A stretch of 64,000 nucleotides of DNA, taken from NCBI GenBank assembly GCA_041178425.1, contig JBEGVH010000040.1, positions 32,001 to 96,000 on the forward strand. Reading direction: 5' to 3'. Made by a program: the position numbers and the translations under genes. This document shows positions 18,307 through 27,036 of the stretch, piece by piece. The DNA is from Pseudomonadota bacterium. Its GTDB lineage: Bacteria; Bdellovibrionota; Bdellovibrionia; Bdellovibrionales; Bdellovibrionaceae. The first letter of the stretch is position 1, and the number at the start of each line of letters is the position of its first letter. The notes below the pieces were generated by a model. That model was not told the origin of the DNA and made no database searches. It saw only the letters and a program-made list of their open reading frames with translations.

Positions 18307-19245
18307 ATGAGTTTGGCGACGACGAATGACTTTTGTTTACGATTGGATGATCTCGCTGAGCTTTTGAATTTAAAGCCGGAGAAAACGAAGAAAGAACTAT
18401 CGGCGCTTGGGTTGGAGATTTTCCTTACCCAGGGCAAGGCCTACGTCACACCTGAAAATGTAAGGAAATACCTCGAGCACAAGGGGTTTTCCTATAGGCC
18501 CCAGGTCATTTCGTTTCAAATGCTGAAGGGCGGAGTGGCTAAAACGACGTCCTGTTTAAACATCGGTCTGCGAGCGGCGATGTATGGATTTAGAGTTTTA
18601 TTTCTCGATTTAGATCAGCAAGCCAATCTTAGTTTCGCCCTGGGGGTTGATGATCTCGATGCCCCTGTTTTTTTGAACGTACTAGAACGCAAGACCATAC
18701 TGTCTAAGGCGATAAAACCTCTGACCTCAAATATCAGTTTATTGCCCTCAAATCTCAATAATTCAGTGGTTGAGCGGGTTCTTCTTCAGGGGGTGCGTAA
18801 TCTAGGGCGCGTCGTGCGGGGGCCCATTGAAGACGTTTTAGGAACCTTTGATTTGGTATTGATTGATACGGCGCCGAGCCTGAGTGCCCTTAATACCGCG
18901 GTGACTTGTGCGTCGGATCGGATTGTTTTGCCTATAAACCCCGATAAGTTCACCTTGTTTGGTGTGCAAAAACACATGGCCGATTTGCAGCAAATTCAAG
19001 AGGATTTTTCTGTGAAATTTGACGTAAATATTCTTTTTACCAAATATGACGGGCGAGAATCTTCCAGTCAGGCTTATTTTAACCAGTGCTTGGAGCTGTT
19101 TGGAAAAAAAATGATTAGAACTTATGTTCGTCAGACCGCTGAAATCAAGAACACCATTGCCTCTGGTCGGACTATTTTTGATCTCAAGGGGAATGCTAAA
19201 GAGGATTACGACCGCGTCACTCGAGATATTTTTAATCTTTGGTGA
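18307..19245 (+). CDS. ParA-family ATPase with N-terminal HTH-like extension (orphan)
   Basis: KGGVAKTT, DLDQQANLS, LIDTAPSL. Confidence 0.9.
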   Translation: MSLATTNDFCLRLDDLAELLNLKPEKTKKELSALGLEIFLTQGKAYVTPENVRKYLEHKGFSYRPQVISFQMLKGGVAKTTSCLNIGLRAAMYGFRVLFLDLDQQANLSFALGVDDLDAPVFLNVLERKTILSKAIKPLTSNISLLPSNLNNSVVERVLLQGVRNLGRVVRGPIEDVLGTFDLVLIDTAPSLSALNTAVTCASDRIVLPINPDKFTLFGVQKHMADLQQIQEDFSVKFDVNILFTKYDGRESSSQAYFNQCLELFGKKMIRTYVRQTAEIKNTIASGRTIFDLKGNAKEDYDRVTRDIFNLW

Positions 19246-19362
19246 AGCGGGCAACAAGGAGTGGTTCCCGAGGAATTCCTTGTCAGCCCCAAATGATTTA
19301 GGTATAGCTCATCTCGTTGGCGTCATTGGTAAAACCACGAGACCAATTCGAAGGAGGAGTCT

Positions 19363-19944
19363 ATGTCTAGTTCCAAAAGCAAAGTTAAAAAGCAAACGAG
19401 CAAAAAAGAACATCAACATGATATCCCTGTGGTAAAAACAGCGAAAGGTCGACGTCCTCATACCGAAGTAGTTCTTGAGCCTTATCAGCCATCTCTCTTG
19501 AACGAGGCAGACATCGAGGCCGCGAAAGTGACAGAGAGCTCTGTTTCTCCTGAGGAACTAATTCTCGCGGGGGCCACTGTTGAGACTGAAAACAAAGAAG
19601 AAGTGATCCTAGAGGGCAAACCTGCGCCTCCACCAGAACGAAAGAAAATCAGCATGAAAGAAAAAATCGAGAGCGTCAAAGGTGTTTTAACGATGGGAAC
19701 GGCCATTGCGAAGTCATCTTTTCCTAAATCCTACGAGTTCGCGGAAAAAATTGTTGAGGATTGGAAACAAGATGGGGATTTTTCTGAGTTGCCAATTAAT
19801 CAGCCGCTGGTTCAATTTTACGTTGGTTTAGGTCTTCGTAAGGCGAAACAAACCGAAAAAACACTTGAGAAAAAACTAGAGACTGCGGGTGTGTTGCCAG
19901 TGGTGCGTCAGCAGTTAAATAAGGCGCAGAAGCTCTTTAAATAA
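19363..19944 (+). CDS. Hypothetical protein
   Basis: SD AGGAGG; 193 aa; stop overlaps the bolA start (TAATG). Confidence 0.7.
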   Translation: MSSSKSKVKKQTSKKEHQHDIPVVKTAKGRRPHTEVVLEPYQPSLLNEADIEAAKVTESSVSPEELILAGATVETENKEEVILEGKPAPPPERKKISMKEKIESVKGVLTMGTAIAKSSFPKSYEFAEKIVEDWKQDGDFSELPINQPLVQFYVGLGLRKAKQTEKTLEKKLETAGVLPVVRQQLNKAQKLFK

Positions 19945-20261
19945 TGGATAACGAACGCCAATCACTCTCCCGATTAGTTCGCTTTGAGAAGATCTTTCGG
20001 GAGAATCTTAGAATTGTTTACCTTGAAATCGAAAACGAAAGCGCTTCGCACTCTGGTCATTATGATGGCGATGGAGAAAGTCATTGGAGGGTTTTGATCG
20101 TCGCCGACAACTTCAAGGACCTCGCTCGCGTTCGTCGTCATCAACTAGTCAACGATCTCGTGAAAGATGAATTTTCGTCGGGTCTGCATGCGCTCACTCT
20201 TCAGCTTTTTGATGCTGGTGAGTGGGAGAAGAAAAAGCAAAATCATTTTGACCAGCCCTAA
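19944..20261 (+). CDS. bolA: BolA family protein
   Basis: NESASHSGH, ESHW, RVRRHQLV, GLHALTL. Confidence 0.92.
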   Translation: MDNERQSLSRLVRFEKIFRENLRIVYLEIENESASHSGHYDGDGESHWRVLIVADNFKDLARVRRHQLVNDLVKDEFSSGLHALTLQLFDAGEWEKKKQNHFDQP

Positions 20262-20312
20262 AGCCAATATTTTATTAAATGTTAGTTTAGCTAGCCTCTT
20301 AATGATGGCCGT

Positions 20313-20570
20313 TTAAAGGGATTCACTAGGTTCATTGGGAGCTGGCGTTGGCTCAACGGTACTTGGAGTAGACAGTTCGTCCAGTTTCGATTTGAGTTCA
20401 ATGAGAAGGCCTTCAATCTCCCTCATCATTTTTTGGTCAGGTGCGACCTTTCCTTCTTCTTTAACGGTGTGGGAAATTGTAGTCCACTCCTCGAGCGCTT
20501 GTGAAAGATGAATTCCAGAGGCCTTCAATGTTTTTTTCTGATTTTTTTCAGCCATGATAACTTCTTTCAT
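20313..20570 (-). CDS. Small hypothetical protein
   Basis: 85-aa helical/coiled-coil-like ORF filling the gap between bolA and ettA. Confidence 0.55.
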   Translation of the reverse strand: MKEVIMAEKNQKKTLKASGIHLSQALEEWTTISHTVKEEGKVAPDQKMMREIEGLLIELKSKLDELSTPSTVEPTPAPNEPSESL

Positions 20571-20805
20571 CGATGAATCTATAAACGGATTGCCGTACTA
20601 CCTAACTTAATTAAAGATCGTCACCCAGGTAAATTTCAAGTGAAAGTTTGCTTTTTAATGAATTTCCCCAGTTTCCCCTTTGGGAAATTGACATTTTCGC
20701 AGGGGGAAAGCAAAATAACCCTATATTTCCAATCTTTATTTATAGGCTCAGCGAATCGAAGTTCATTCGTCTAAGAGTAAATTCTGACAAACACAGGAGG
20801 TCGAA

Positions 20806-22479
20806 ATGTCTCAAGATATTATTTATACCATGAAGGGAGTTTCCAAGGTTTATCCTCCCAATAAATATGTCCTCCGTAATATTTATTTATCTTATTTTTA
20901 TGGAGCCAAAATCGGGGTTTTGGGATTGAATGGATCGGGTAAGTCGACCCTTTTAAAAATCATGGCGGGTTTAGATAAGGATTTTATTGGAGAAGCTTTT
21001 CCTGCGCGTGAATTCAAGGTGGGTTATCTCGAACAGGAGCCTCAGCTCGATCCTAAACTGACGGTGAAAGAAAACATTTTCTCTGGCATGGGTGAGTTGC
21101 CCCTGTTGGTGGAAGAGTTTAACAAGATTAATCAGCGACTCTGCGAAGACATCTCTCCCGAAGAAATGGAAAAACTCATTGAGCGTCAGGCAACAGTTCA
21201 AGAAAAAATCGAAGCGCTCGACGGGTGGGAAGTGGATCAAAAAATTAATGTGGCGATGGATGCTCTTCGATGCCCAGATGGAGACTCTCAAGTCACTAAT
21301 CTTTCGGGTGGAGAAAAACGTCGAGTGGCTCTTTGTCGTTTGCTTCTTTCAAATCCGGATATTTTACTCCTCGACGAGCCAACCAACCACCTAGACGCTG
21401 AGAGCGTCGGCTGGCTTGAGCAGTTTTTGGCCCGGTTCCCTGGTACTGTCATTGCTGTTACGCATGATCGTTATTTTCTCGATAACGTGGCAGGGTGGAT
21501 CCTCGAACTTGACCGAGGAGAAGGAATTCCTTGGAAAGGCAATTACTCTTCATGGTTAGAGCAGAAAGAAGCTCGCACGGCGCAAGAGGAGAAAGATAAC
21601 TCGCGTCGTAACAAGACATTGGAGCGGGAGTTGGAGTGGGTGAGAATGGCACCAAAGGCTCGACAAGGAAAATCAAAAGCCCGTCTTTCTGCCTATGAAA
21701 ATCTCTTAAAAGAGCCAACAAAAGAGCGATTACAAGATCTTTCAATCTACATTCCACCAGGACCTCGCTTGGGGGATGTTGTTGTGGAAGCTAAGAACGT
21801 GACGAAGGCCTATGGAGACAAGCTCCTTTTGGATAATGTTAATTTCTCAATTCCTAAGGGTGCGATTGTCGGAATTATCGGGCCGAATGGTGCAGGTAAG
21901 ACAACTCTCTTTCGAATGATTACAGGGAAAGAAAAACCAGATGCTGGCGATTTGATTGTGGGTGAAACGGTAAAATACGCCTATGTGGATCAAGGGCGTG
22001 ATACTCTAGAAGGAGCGAAAACTGTTCACGAGGTTATCAGCGAGGGTCAGGAGCCCATTCGCCTAGGAACCAGAGAAGTTGCTTCACGGCAGTATGTTTC
22101 TTGGTTTAACTTTTCGGGCGGTGATCAAGAGAAAAAAGTTGGAAATCTATCGGGTGGAGAAAGAAATCGCGTTAATTTGGCGAAAATGTTAAAAACGGGT
22201 TCTAATTTACTTTTGCTGGATGAACCCACCAATGATTTAGATGTGAACACCATGAGAGCCCTCGAGGATGCGCTTCTGGAGTTCGGTGGTTCTGCGATCG
22301 TTATCTCGCATGATCGCTGGTTTTTAGATCGTATTTGTACTCATATATTGGCCTTCGAAGGCGATAGTCAGGTTTATTTCTACCCTGGAAACTACTCTGA
22401 ATATGAAGCTGATCGTCAAAAGCGACTGGGGTCGGCGGCTCTTCAGCCTCACCGCATTCGTTATCGTCCGATTCAGTAG
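20806..22479 (+). CDS. ettA: Energy-dependent translational throttle protein (ABC-F)
   Basis: Two ABC domains (GLNGSGKST, LSGGEKRR; GPNGAGKTT, LSGGERNR), ELEWVR linker, no TM segments. Confidence 0.97.
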   Translation: MSQDIIYTMKGVSKVYPPNKYVLRNIYLSYFYGAKIGVLGLNGSGKSTLLKIMAGLDKDFIGEAFPAREFKVGYLEQEPQLDPKLTVKENIFSGMGELPLLVEEFNKINQRLCEDISPEEMEKLIERQATVQEKIEALDGWEVDQKINVAMDALRCPDGDSQVTNLSGGEKRRVALCRLLLSNPDILLLDEPTNHLDAESVGWLEQFLARFPGTVIAVTHDRYFLDNVAGWILELDRGEGIPWKGNYSSWLEQKEARTAQEEKDNSRRNKTLERELEWVRMAPKARQGKSKARLSAYENLLKEPTKERLQDLSIYIPPGPRLGDVVVEAKNVTKAYGDKLLLDNVNFSIPKGAIVGIIGPNGAGKTTLFRMITGKEKPDAGDLIVGETVKYAYVDQGRDTLEGAKTVHEVISEGQEPIRLGTREVASRQYVSWFNFSGGDQEKKVGNLSGGERNRVNLAKMLKTGSNLLLLDEPTNDLDVNTMRALEDALLEFGGSAIVISHDRWFLDRICTHILAFEGDSQVYFYPGNYSEYEADRQKRLGSAALQPHRIRYRPIQ

Positions 22480-22492
22480 GGCGTTTTAAGTT

Positions 22493-22522
22493 AAAAGAGA
22501 GGTTTGTACCTCTCTTTTTTTT
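22493..22522. terminator. Rho-independent terminator, probably bidirectional
   Basis: AAAAGAGAGGT-TTGT-ACCTCTCTTTT plus T run, between convergent genes. Confidence 0.85.
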
Positions 22523-22535
22523 GCCTTTTTAGGGA

Positions 22536-22985
22536 CTACAACAACGATAGTTGGTCGTAGTGTTCCCTCAGTTGAATATAAGTTTCGGTGGCTCTGGGGT
22601 GTGGGTTTTGGTCTGGGTGAAGGGATCTCGCCAGTCTTCGGAATTGTTTTTGAAGTTCCGTTTTATTGAAGTTCTCATTGAGAGCCGCGCCTTTTTTCCA
22701 AAACCACAACCAGCCTTCTTTTTGTTTCTTGGTGAGGTGGTTGGGCGGGTTTGGTGGTGTTGGTAATTCGATCTGTGAGAGCCTTTGAATGTCGGTTTGA
22801 GTTGAAGATTGAGGAAAATAAACCTTGTTTTTGCCGCTAGAAATACTGGTTTTGGCTATGGTTGCGAGGAGAAAGGCGAGGTGATCGGGGGGTGTTTCGA
22901 GTGGGCGAGACCACGGAGATTCAGAACCTTGAGGCTTGTTTTTTGCTAGTTTCTCTCTGAGAATGCGTTCAAATTCACTCTTCAT
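22536..22985 (-). CDS. J-domain-containing protein (C-terminal J domain)
   Basis: LQKQFRRLARSLHPDQN with the HPD motif. Confidence 0.8.
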   Translation of the reverse strand: MKSEFERILREKLAKNKPQGSESPWSRPLETPPDHLAFLLATIAKTSISSGKNKVYFPQSSTQTDIQRLSQIELPTPPNPPNHLTKKQKEGWLWFWKKGAALNENFNKTELQKQFRRLARSLHPDQNPHPRATETYIQLREHYDQLSLL

Positions 22986-23153
22986 AGGTTCCTTTTCGGA
23001 GGGAAATTGTCAATTTTGAGTCGAGAATGAAGAAAACAAAAAAAAACGGTATTGACTCTTATTTTTTTTAGACATTAGACTGAAGACAGTTGAACAAACG
23101 TAGAGTCTGTAAAACTAAAACAATTAGCCAAAGACCAATTTCGGGAGGATCAA

Positions 23154-23525
23154 ATGGCGAAGGCAAAGAAAGCCGTAAAAAAAGCAGCACCTAAAAAAGC
23201 AACTAAGGCAGCAGCTCCTAAAAAAGCTAAACCTGCAAAAGCAGCTAAAGCAGCACCTAAAAAAGCCGCTTCTAAAAGAAAGCCAAATGCAGCTTTCATG
23301 AAACCACTTACTCCAAGCTCGGCTCTTGCTGCTATCGTTGGTGCGTCTCCATTGCCACGCACTCAGATCGTTAAAAAGATCTGGGATTACATCAAAAAAC
23401 ACGGTCTTCAAGATGCTAAAAACAGAAGAAACATCAATGCTGATGATAAATTGAAGCCAATCTTCGGAAAAGCTTCTGTAAGCATGTTCGAAATGACAAA
23501 GCTTGTAAGCAAGCACCTTAAGTAA
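23154..23525 (+). CDS. SWIB/MDM2 domain protein with histone-H1-like Lys/Ala N-terminus
   Basis: AKKAVKKAAPKKA repeats followed by FMKPLTPS...LPRTQIVKKIWDYIKKHGLQD...MFEMTKLVSKHL; SD GGAGG. Confidence 0.93.
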   Translation: MAKAKKAVKKAAPKKATKAAAPKKAKPAKAAKAAPKKAASKRKPNAAFMKPLTPSSALAAIVGASPLPRTQIVKKIWDYIKKHGLQDAKNRRNINADDKLKPIFGKASVSMFEMTKLVSKHLK

Positions 23526-23550
23526 TTTCTGGTTAAACAGAGATTCTTCG

Positions 23551-23577
23551 AAAAGCCTCCTTACGGGAGGCTTTTTT
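23551..23577 (+). terminator. Rho-independent terminator
   Basis: AAAAGCCTCC-TTACG-GGAGGCTTTTTT. Confidence 0.88.
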
Positions 23578-23713
23578 GTTTTTAGCTTCAAGAAAAAGAG
23601 ACAAAAATTGTTCCTCCTTAGACAGGTAACGCCTTTCTGATGGTCCCTTGATCGATTAAAAAAATCACTTTCTGCTTACCTTGCTCCTGATTTTAGTGTT
23701 ATCACTAGGGGCA

Positions 23714-24478
23714 ATGTCGAAGCCATCTATACTCTCAAAAGACGATATTGTTCTCATGCGGAAATCCTGCCAGTTGGCGGCCCGTACGCTTGAGCATGTG
23801 AAACCCTTTGTGAAGGCTGGTATTACCACAAACGAAATAGACCAGATCGTACACGACTATATTCTCAGTAAGGGGGCAAAGCCTTCTCCGCTGGGTTATC
23901 ATGGTTATCCAAAAAGTGTTTGCACCTCTATCAACGAAGTAGTTTGTCATGGAATTCCAGATCAAACAGTCGTTAAAGAGGGTGATATTATTAATGTCGA
24001 TGTAACTTGTTTTTTGGATGGTTTTCATGGGGACACCTCCGCGACGATTATGGTTGGGAACGTGTCTGAAAAGGCTCGCGACATCACGACTGTTGCCTAC
24101 GAGTGTATGATGAAGGGAATTGAAGCTATTACTCCCATGGGAACTACGGGGGACATCGGTTTTTCCATTGATAAATACGCTTCTCGAAAAGGCTATACCA
24201 CCGTTAAAGAAATTGGTGGCCACGGAATAGGGAGAACGTTTCATGATGAGCCCTTTGTTCCAAGTTTTGGTAAAAAAGGGAAGGGATCAAAGTTGATTCC
24301 ATGGCGCTGCTTTACTGTAGAGCCGATGATTAATGAAACAACGGCTCCGTTGAAAGAGCATGACATTCCTAATTCGGCCATCAAATGGTACACGACGGGG
24401 GATAACACTCTCTCAGCTCAATTTGAACACACGATTTTAGTAACAGACACCGGGTACGATATTTTGACGGTACCCTAA
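23714..24478 (+). CDS. map: Methionine aminopeptidase type I
   Basis: CTSINEVVCHGIP, INVDVT, FHGDTS, GHGIG, TVEPMIN, SAQFEHT. Confidence 0.97.
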   Translation: MSKPSILSKDDIVLMRKSCQLAARTLEHVKPFVKAGITTNEIDQIVHDYILSKGAKPSPLGYHGYPKSVCTSINEVVCHGIPDQTVVKEGDIINVDVTCFLDGFHGDTSATIMVGNVSEKARDITTVAYECMMKGIEAITPMGTTGDIGFSIDKYASRKGYTTVKEIGGHGIGRTFHDEPFVPSFGKKGKGSKLIPWRCFTVEPMINETTAPLKEHDIPNSAIKWYTTGDNTLSAQFEHTILVTDTGYDILTVP

Positions 24479-24495
24479 AAGGAAAGGTTTAAGAA

Positions 24496-25905
24496 ATGGC
24501 AACAATGACGGTTATTCAATCTACCAAGGGAGTCAAAACAATGAAGAACAGCAAAAAGACTGTTTCTAAAGCGTTAGCGATGCAGCCTGATTACAAAGTC
24601 TGTAAAGAAGCCATGGAGAATCCAAAGGTTTTTGCAGAATTGGCGCGTTGGGGACGTGAAGAAATTCGCATTGCCGAATCTGAAATGCCAGGCCTTATGG
24701 CACTTCGTAAAGAGTACGGAAAGTCTCAGCCACTCAAAGGGGCTCGTATCGCTGGTTGTTTGCACATGACCATTCAAACGGCGGTTCTTATCGAAACGCT
24801 GGTTCATTTAGGGGCAAAAATTCGTTGGTCTTCTTGCAATATTTTTTCAACTCAAGATCACGCAGCGGTTGCCATGGCAGCGGCGGGCATTCCTGTTTTC
24901 GCCTGGAAAGGTGAAACAGAAGAAGAATTCAACTGGTGTATTGAACAAACAATTACTGGTTGGGGTAAAGACGGTTATAATTTGATTCTCGATGATGGTG
25001 GCGATTTGACAAATATGATGCACGAAAAGCGTTTTGCTCATATTCTCAAAGGAATCATTGGTCTCAGTGAAGAAACAACGACAGGCGTTCATAATCTTGA
25101 AAAACTCCATAAAAAAGGTCTTCTGAAAGTTCCTGCAATCAATGTGAATGATTCTGTGACTAAGTCAAAATTTGATAACCTTTATGGTTGCCGTGAGTCT
25201 TTAGCGGATGGCATCAAGCGTGCCACAGACACTATGGTGGCCGGTAAAGTGGTGGTGGTTGCTGGATATGGTGATGTGGGTAAGGGTTGTGCGTTCAGCA
25301 TGCGTTCCTATGGTGCGCGAGTGCTTGTAACGGAAATCGATCCTATCTGTGCTCTGCAAGCGGCAATGGAAGGCTTCGAAGTAACGACGATGGAAGAGGC
25401 CGCACCTGAGGCCGACATTTTTGTAACAGCAACTGGATGCCTTGATATCATCACTGATAAGCATTTTAGCAAAATGAAAAACAACGCTATTGTTTGCAAT
25501 ATCGGTCACTTTGATATCGAAATTGACATGGCTTGGTTGAATAAGAACAGCAAAGTTCGTGAAATTAAAGCGCAGGTTGATCTTCATACTTTGAAAAATG
25601 GCCGTAGCGTTATTATTTTGGCTAAAGGTCGTTTAGTGAATCTTGGTTGTGCAACAGGGCACCCGAGCTTTGTTATGAGTAACTCATTCACTAATCAGGT
25701 TTTGGCGCAAATCGAGCTTTACCTCAATCGCGACAAGTACTCTGAAATTGGCGTTTACCGCTTACCAAAGCATCTTGATGAAAAAGTTGCAGCTCTTCAT
25801 CTCGATAAACTTGGGGTTAAATTAACAAAATTAAGCGATAAACAATCGAAGTACCTTGGTCTTTCTCAGCAAGGTCCATTCAAGCCAGAGCATTACCGTT
25901 ATTAG
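24496..25905 (+). CDS. ahcY: Adenosylhomocysteinase
   Basis: [59 protein letters not shown]. Confidence 0.98.
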   Translation: MATMTVIQSTKGVKTMKNSKKTVSKALAMQPDYKVCKEAMENPKVFAELARWGREEIRIAESEMPGLMALRKEYGKSQPLKGARIAGCLHMTIQTAVLIETLVHLGAKIRWSSCNIFSTQDHAAVAMAAAGIPVFAWKGETEEEFNWCIEQTITGWGKDGYNLILDDGGDLTNMMHEKRFAHILKGIIGLSEETTTGVHNLEKLHKKGLLKVPAINVNDSVTKSKFDNLYGCRESLADGIKRATDTMVAGKVVVVAGYGDVGKGCAFSMRSYGARVLVTEIDPICALQAAMEGFEVTTMEEAAPEADIFVTATGCLDIITDKHFSKMKNNAIVCNIGHFDIEIDMAWLNKNSKVREIKAQVDLHTLKNGRSVIILAKGRLVNLGCATGHPSFVMSNSFTNQVLAQIELYLNRDKYSEIGVYRLPKHLDEKVAALHLDKLGVKLTKLSDKQSKYLGLSQQGPFKPEHYRY

Positions 25906-25933
25906 TTTTTTCCCTAGCTTGAGCTAAGAATAC

Positions 25934-25966
25934 AAAAAAGCCGATCTCGTTGAGGTCGGCTTTTTT
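25934..25966. terminator. Bidirectional rho-independent terminator
   Basis: AAAAAAGCCGATCTC-GTT-GAGGTCGGCTTTTTT between convergent genes. Confidence 0.88.
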
Positions 25967-26018
25967 ATTTTTAAGTTCAATTGTAAGTTTGGGTCAGCGG
26001 CCCAAGTTTTTTTCAGAA

Positions 26019-26564
26019 TTACCCCTTTGTTTGAATTTTAATGTGTTGCTCAATTTGTTGAATAGCCTTATTTGGAATATGAGCGAACTCAATAGAAAAA
26101 CCGGATTTATCGTCAAGTATATGTCTAACCACTCCGGTGGCCGCGAAAGGTTCAACGGTAGACTCTTCTTCGGGGTGAATCTCAATTTGTGCAATAGCAG
26201 CGTCTCTGGGGGGCAAGTGTTGAGAAATGATCATCATTCCACCGGTGCTTAAATCTCTGCAAATACCAATGTGGTTTGTCTGTGGTGGATCTTCTTTAAA
26301 ATGAAATCGCACCACGGCAATAAGTTCTGCTCTCTGGCCCTTGCGTTTGTCGCTCAGTTGGGTTTTTTCTATTCCTCTCATGAGGTTTAAAATATCTTCT
26401 AGCTCTGGTACACTTTCAATTTCAGTCCATTGTTCGAGGCCTGGCCCGATGGCAAAGAGGGGGCCTTGCATTTTTCCGCTCTTAATGACCATTCGAATCT
26501 CGGACAAACTTAATGGGCCAAAGCCACTGCCTCTGTACTGTAAATACCAAGTTGTTAACGACAT
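26019..26564 (-). CDS. GYF_2 (DUF4339) plus PilZ domain protein, c-di-GMP receptor candidate
   Basis: N-terminal WY...FGPLSL...GLEQW; PilZ motifs KRKGQR (RxxxR) and DLSTGG (DxSxxG). Confidence 0.85.
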   Translation of the reverse strand: MSLTTWYLQYRGSGFGPLSLSEIRMVIKSGKMQGPLFAIGPGLEQWTEIESVPELEDILNLMRGIEKTQLSDKRKGQRAELIAVVRFHFKEDPPQTNHIGICRDLSTGGMMIISQHLPPRDAAIAQIEIHPEEESTVEPFAATGVVRHILDDKSGFSIEFAHIPNKAIQQIEQHIKIQTKG

Positions 26565-26654
26565 AGTATTAACCCTCAAGAAATCACATTCCTAACCCTG
26601 ATGATCTCATTAGACCAAAAAGCTGTAAATTTTTTTTAATGCACCAAATTGAGA

Positions 26655-26813
26655 GGCGTCTCGATGGGGGACGGAGCCTTGGCGTGAAGAACTGAGGGCT
26701 CCGGCGAACGTGATGTGTTGGCCGGGCCCCAGCGGGGCCGGCCACGCCGGCGAGGCCATGGAATGGCCGCCCCGAAGTATTCACGCCAAGGCTCCGTCCC
26801 CCTTTGAGACGCC
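26655..26813. repeat. Intergenic cruciform / REPIN- or MITE-like element
   Basis: 34-bp inverted arms (26655-26688 / 26780-26813, 2 mismatches) enclosing internal hairpins GGCCCC-AGC-GGGGCC and GGCCAT-GGA-ATGGCC. Confidence 0.8.
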
Positions 26814-27036
26814 GTTCTTTGAGTGGAGACCGGTGGGGATTTTTATAAATTTTCACTTGAAAACGGGAGGGTTAAACCGAATAATAGGGGCGAGTTGAAT
26901 AGGGGACGTAGGGTCTTCTTTTGGCTCAAACACATTAACGTTTTTTAGTGTCTTAAAGGTGTCGTCGGCAAGTTGCAGAGCTTAGGTCGGCATTGGCGCC
27001 AGATAGGGATTCTAAAAGAAAAAGGAGAACGTCACT

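Noticed and set aside
23124..23591. 155-aa and 70-aa antisense ORFs over the SWIB gene
   Set aside because: Shadow ORFs of the repetitive Lys/Ala codons; the plus-strand gene has the SD, domain match and terminator.
24479..24540. SAH riboswitch before ahcY
   Set aside because: The map-ahcY gap is only 17 bp to the first ATG and shows no matching structure.
26584..26898. Short ORFs spanning the cruciform element (similarly 8616-8888 and 53690-54102)
   Set aside because: They arise from GC-rich repeat DNA with few stop codons and show no protein-like features.
26814..27036. glnA (glutamine) riboswitch or sigma-54 promoter
   Set aside because: No convincing consensus or GG-N10-GC element found.
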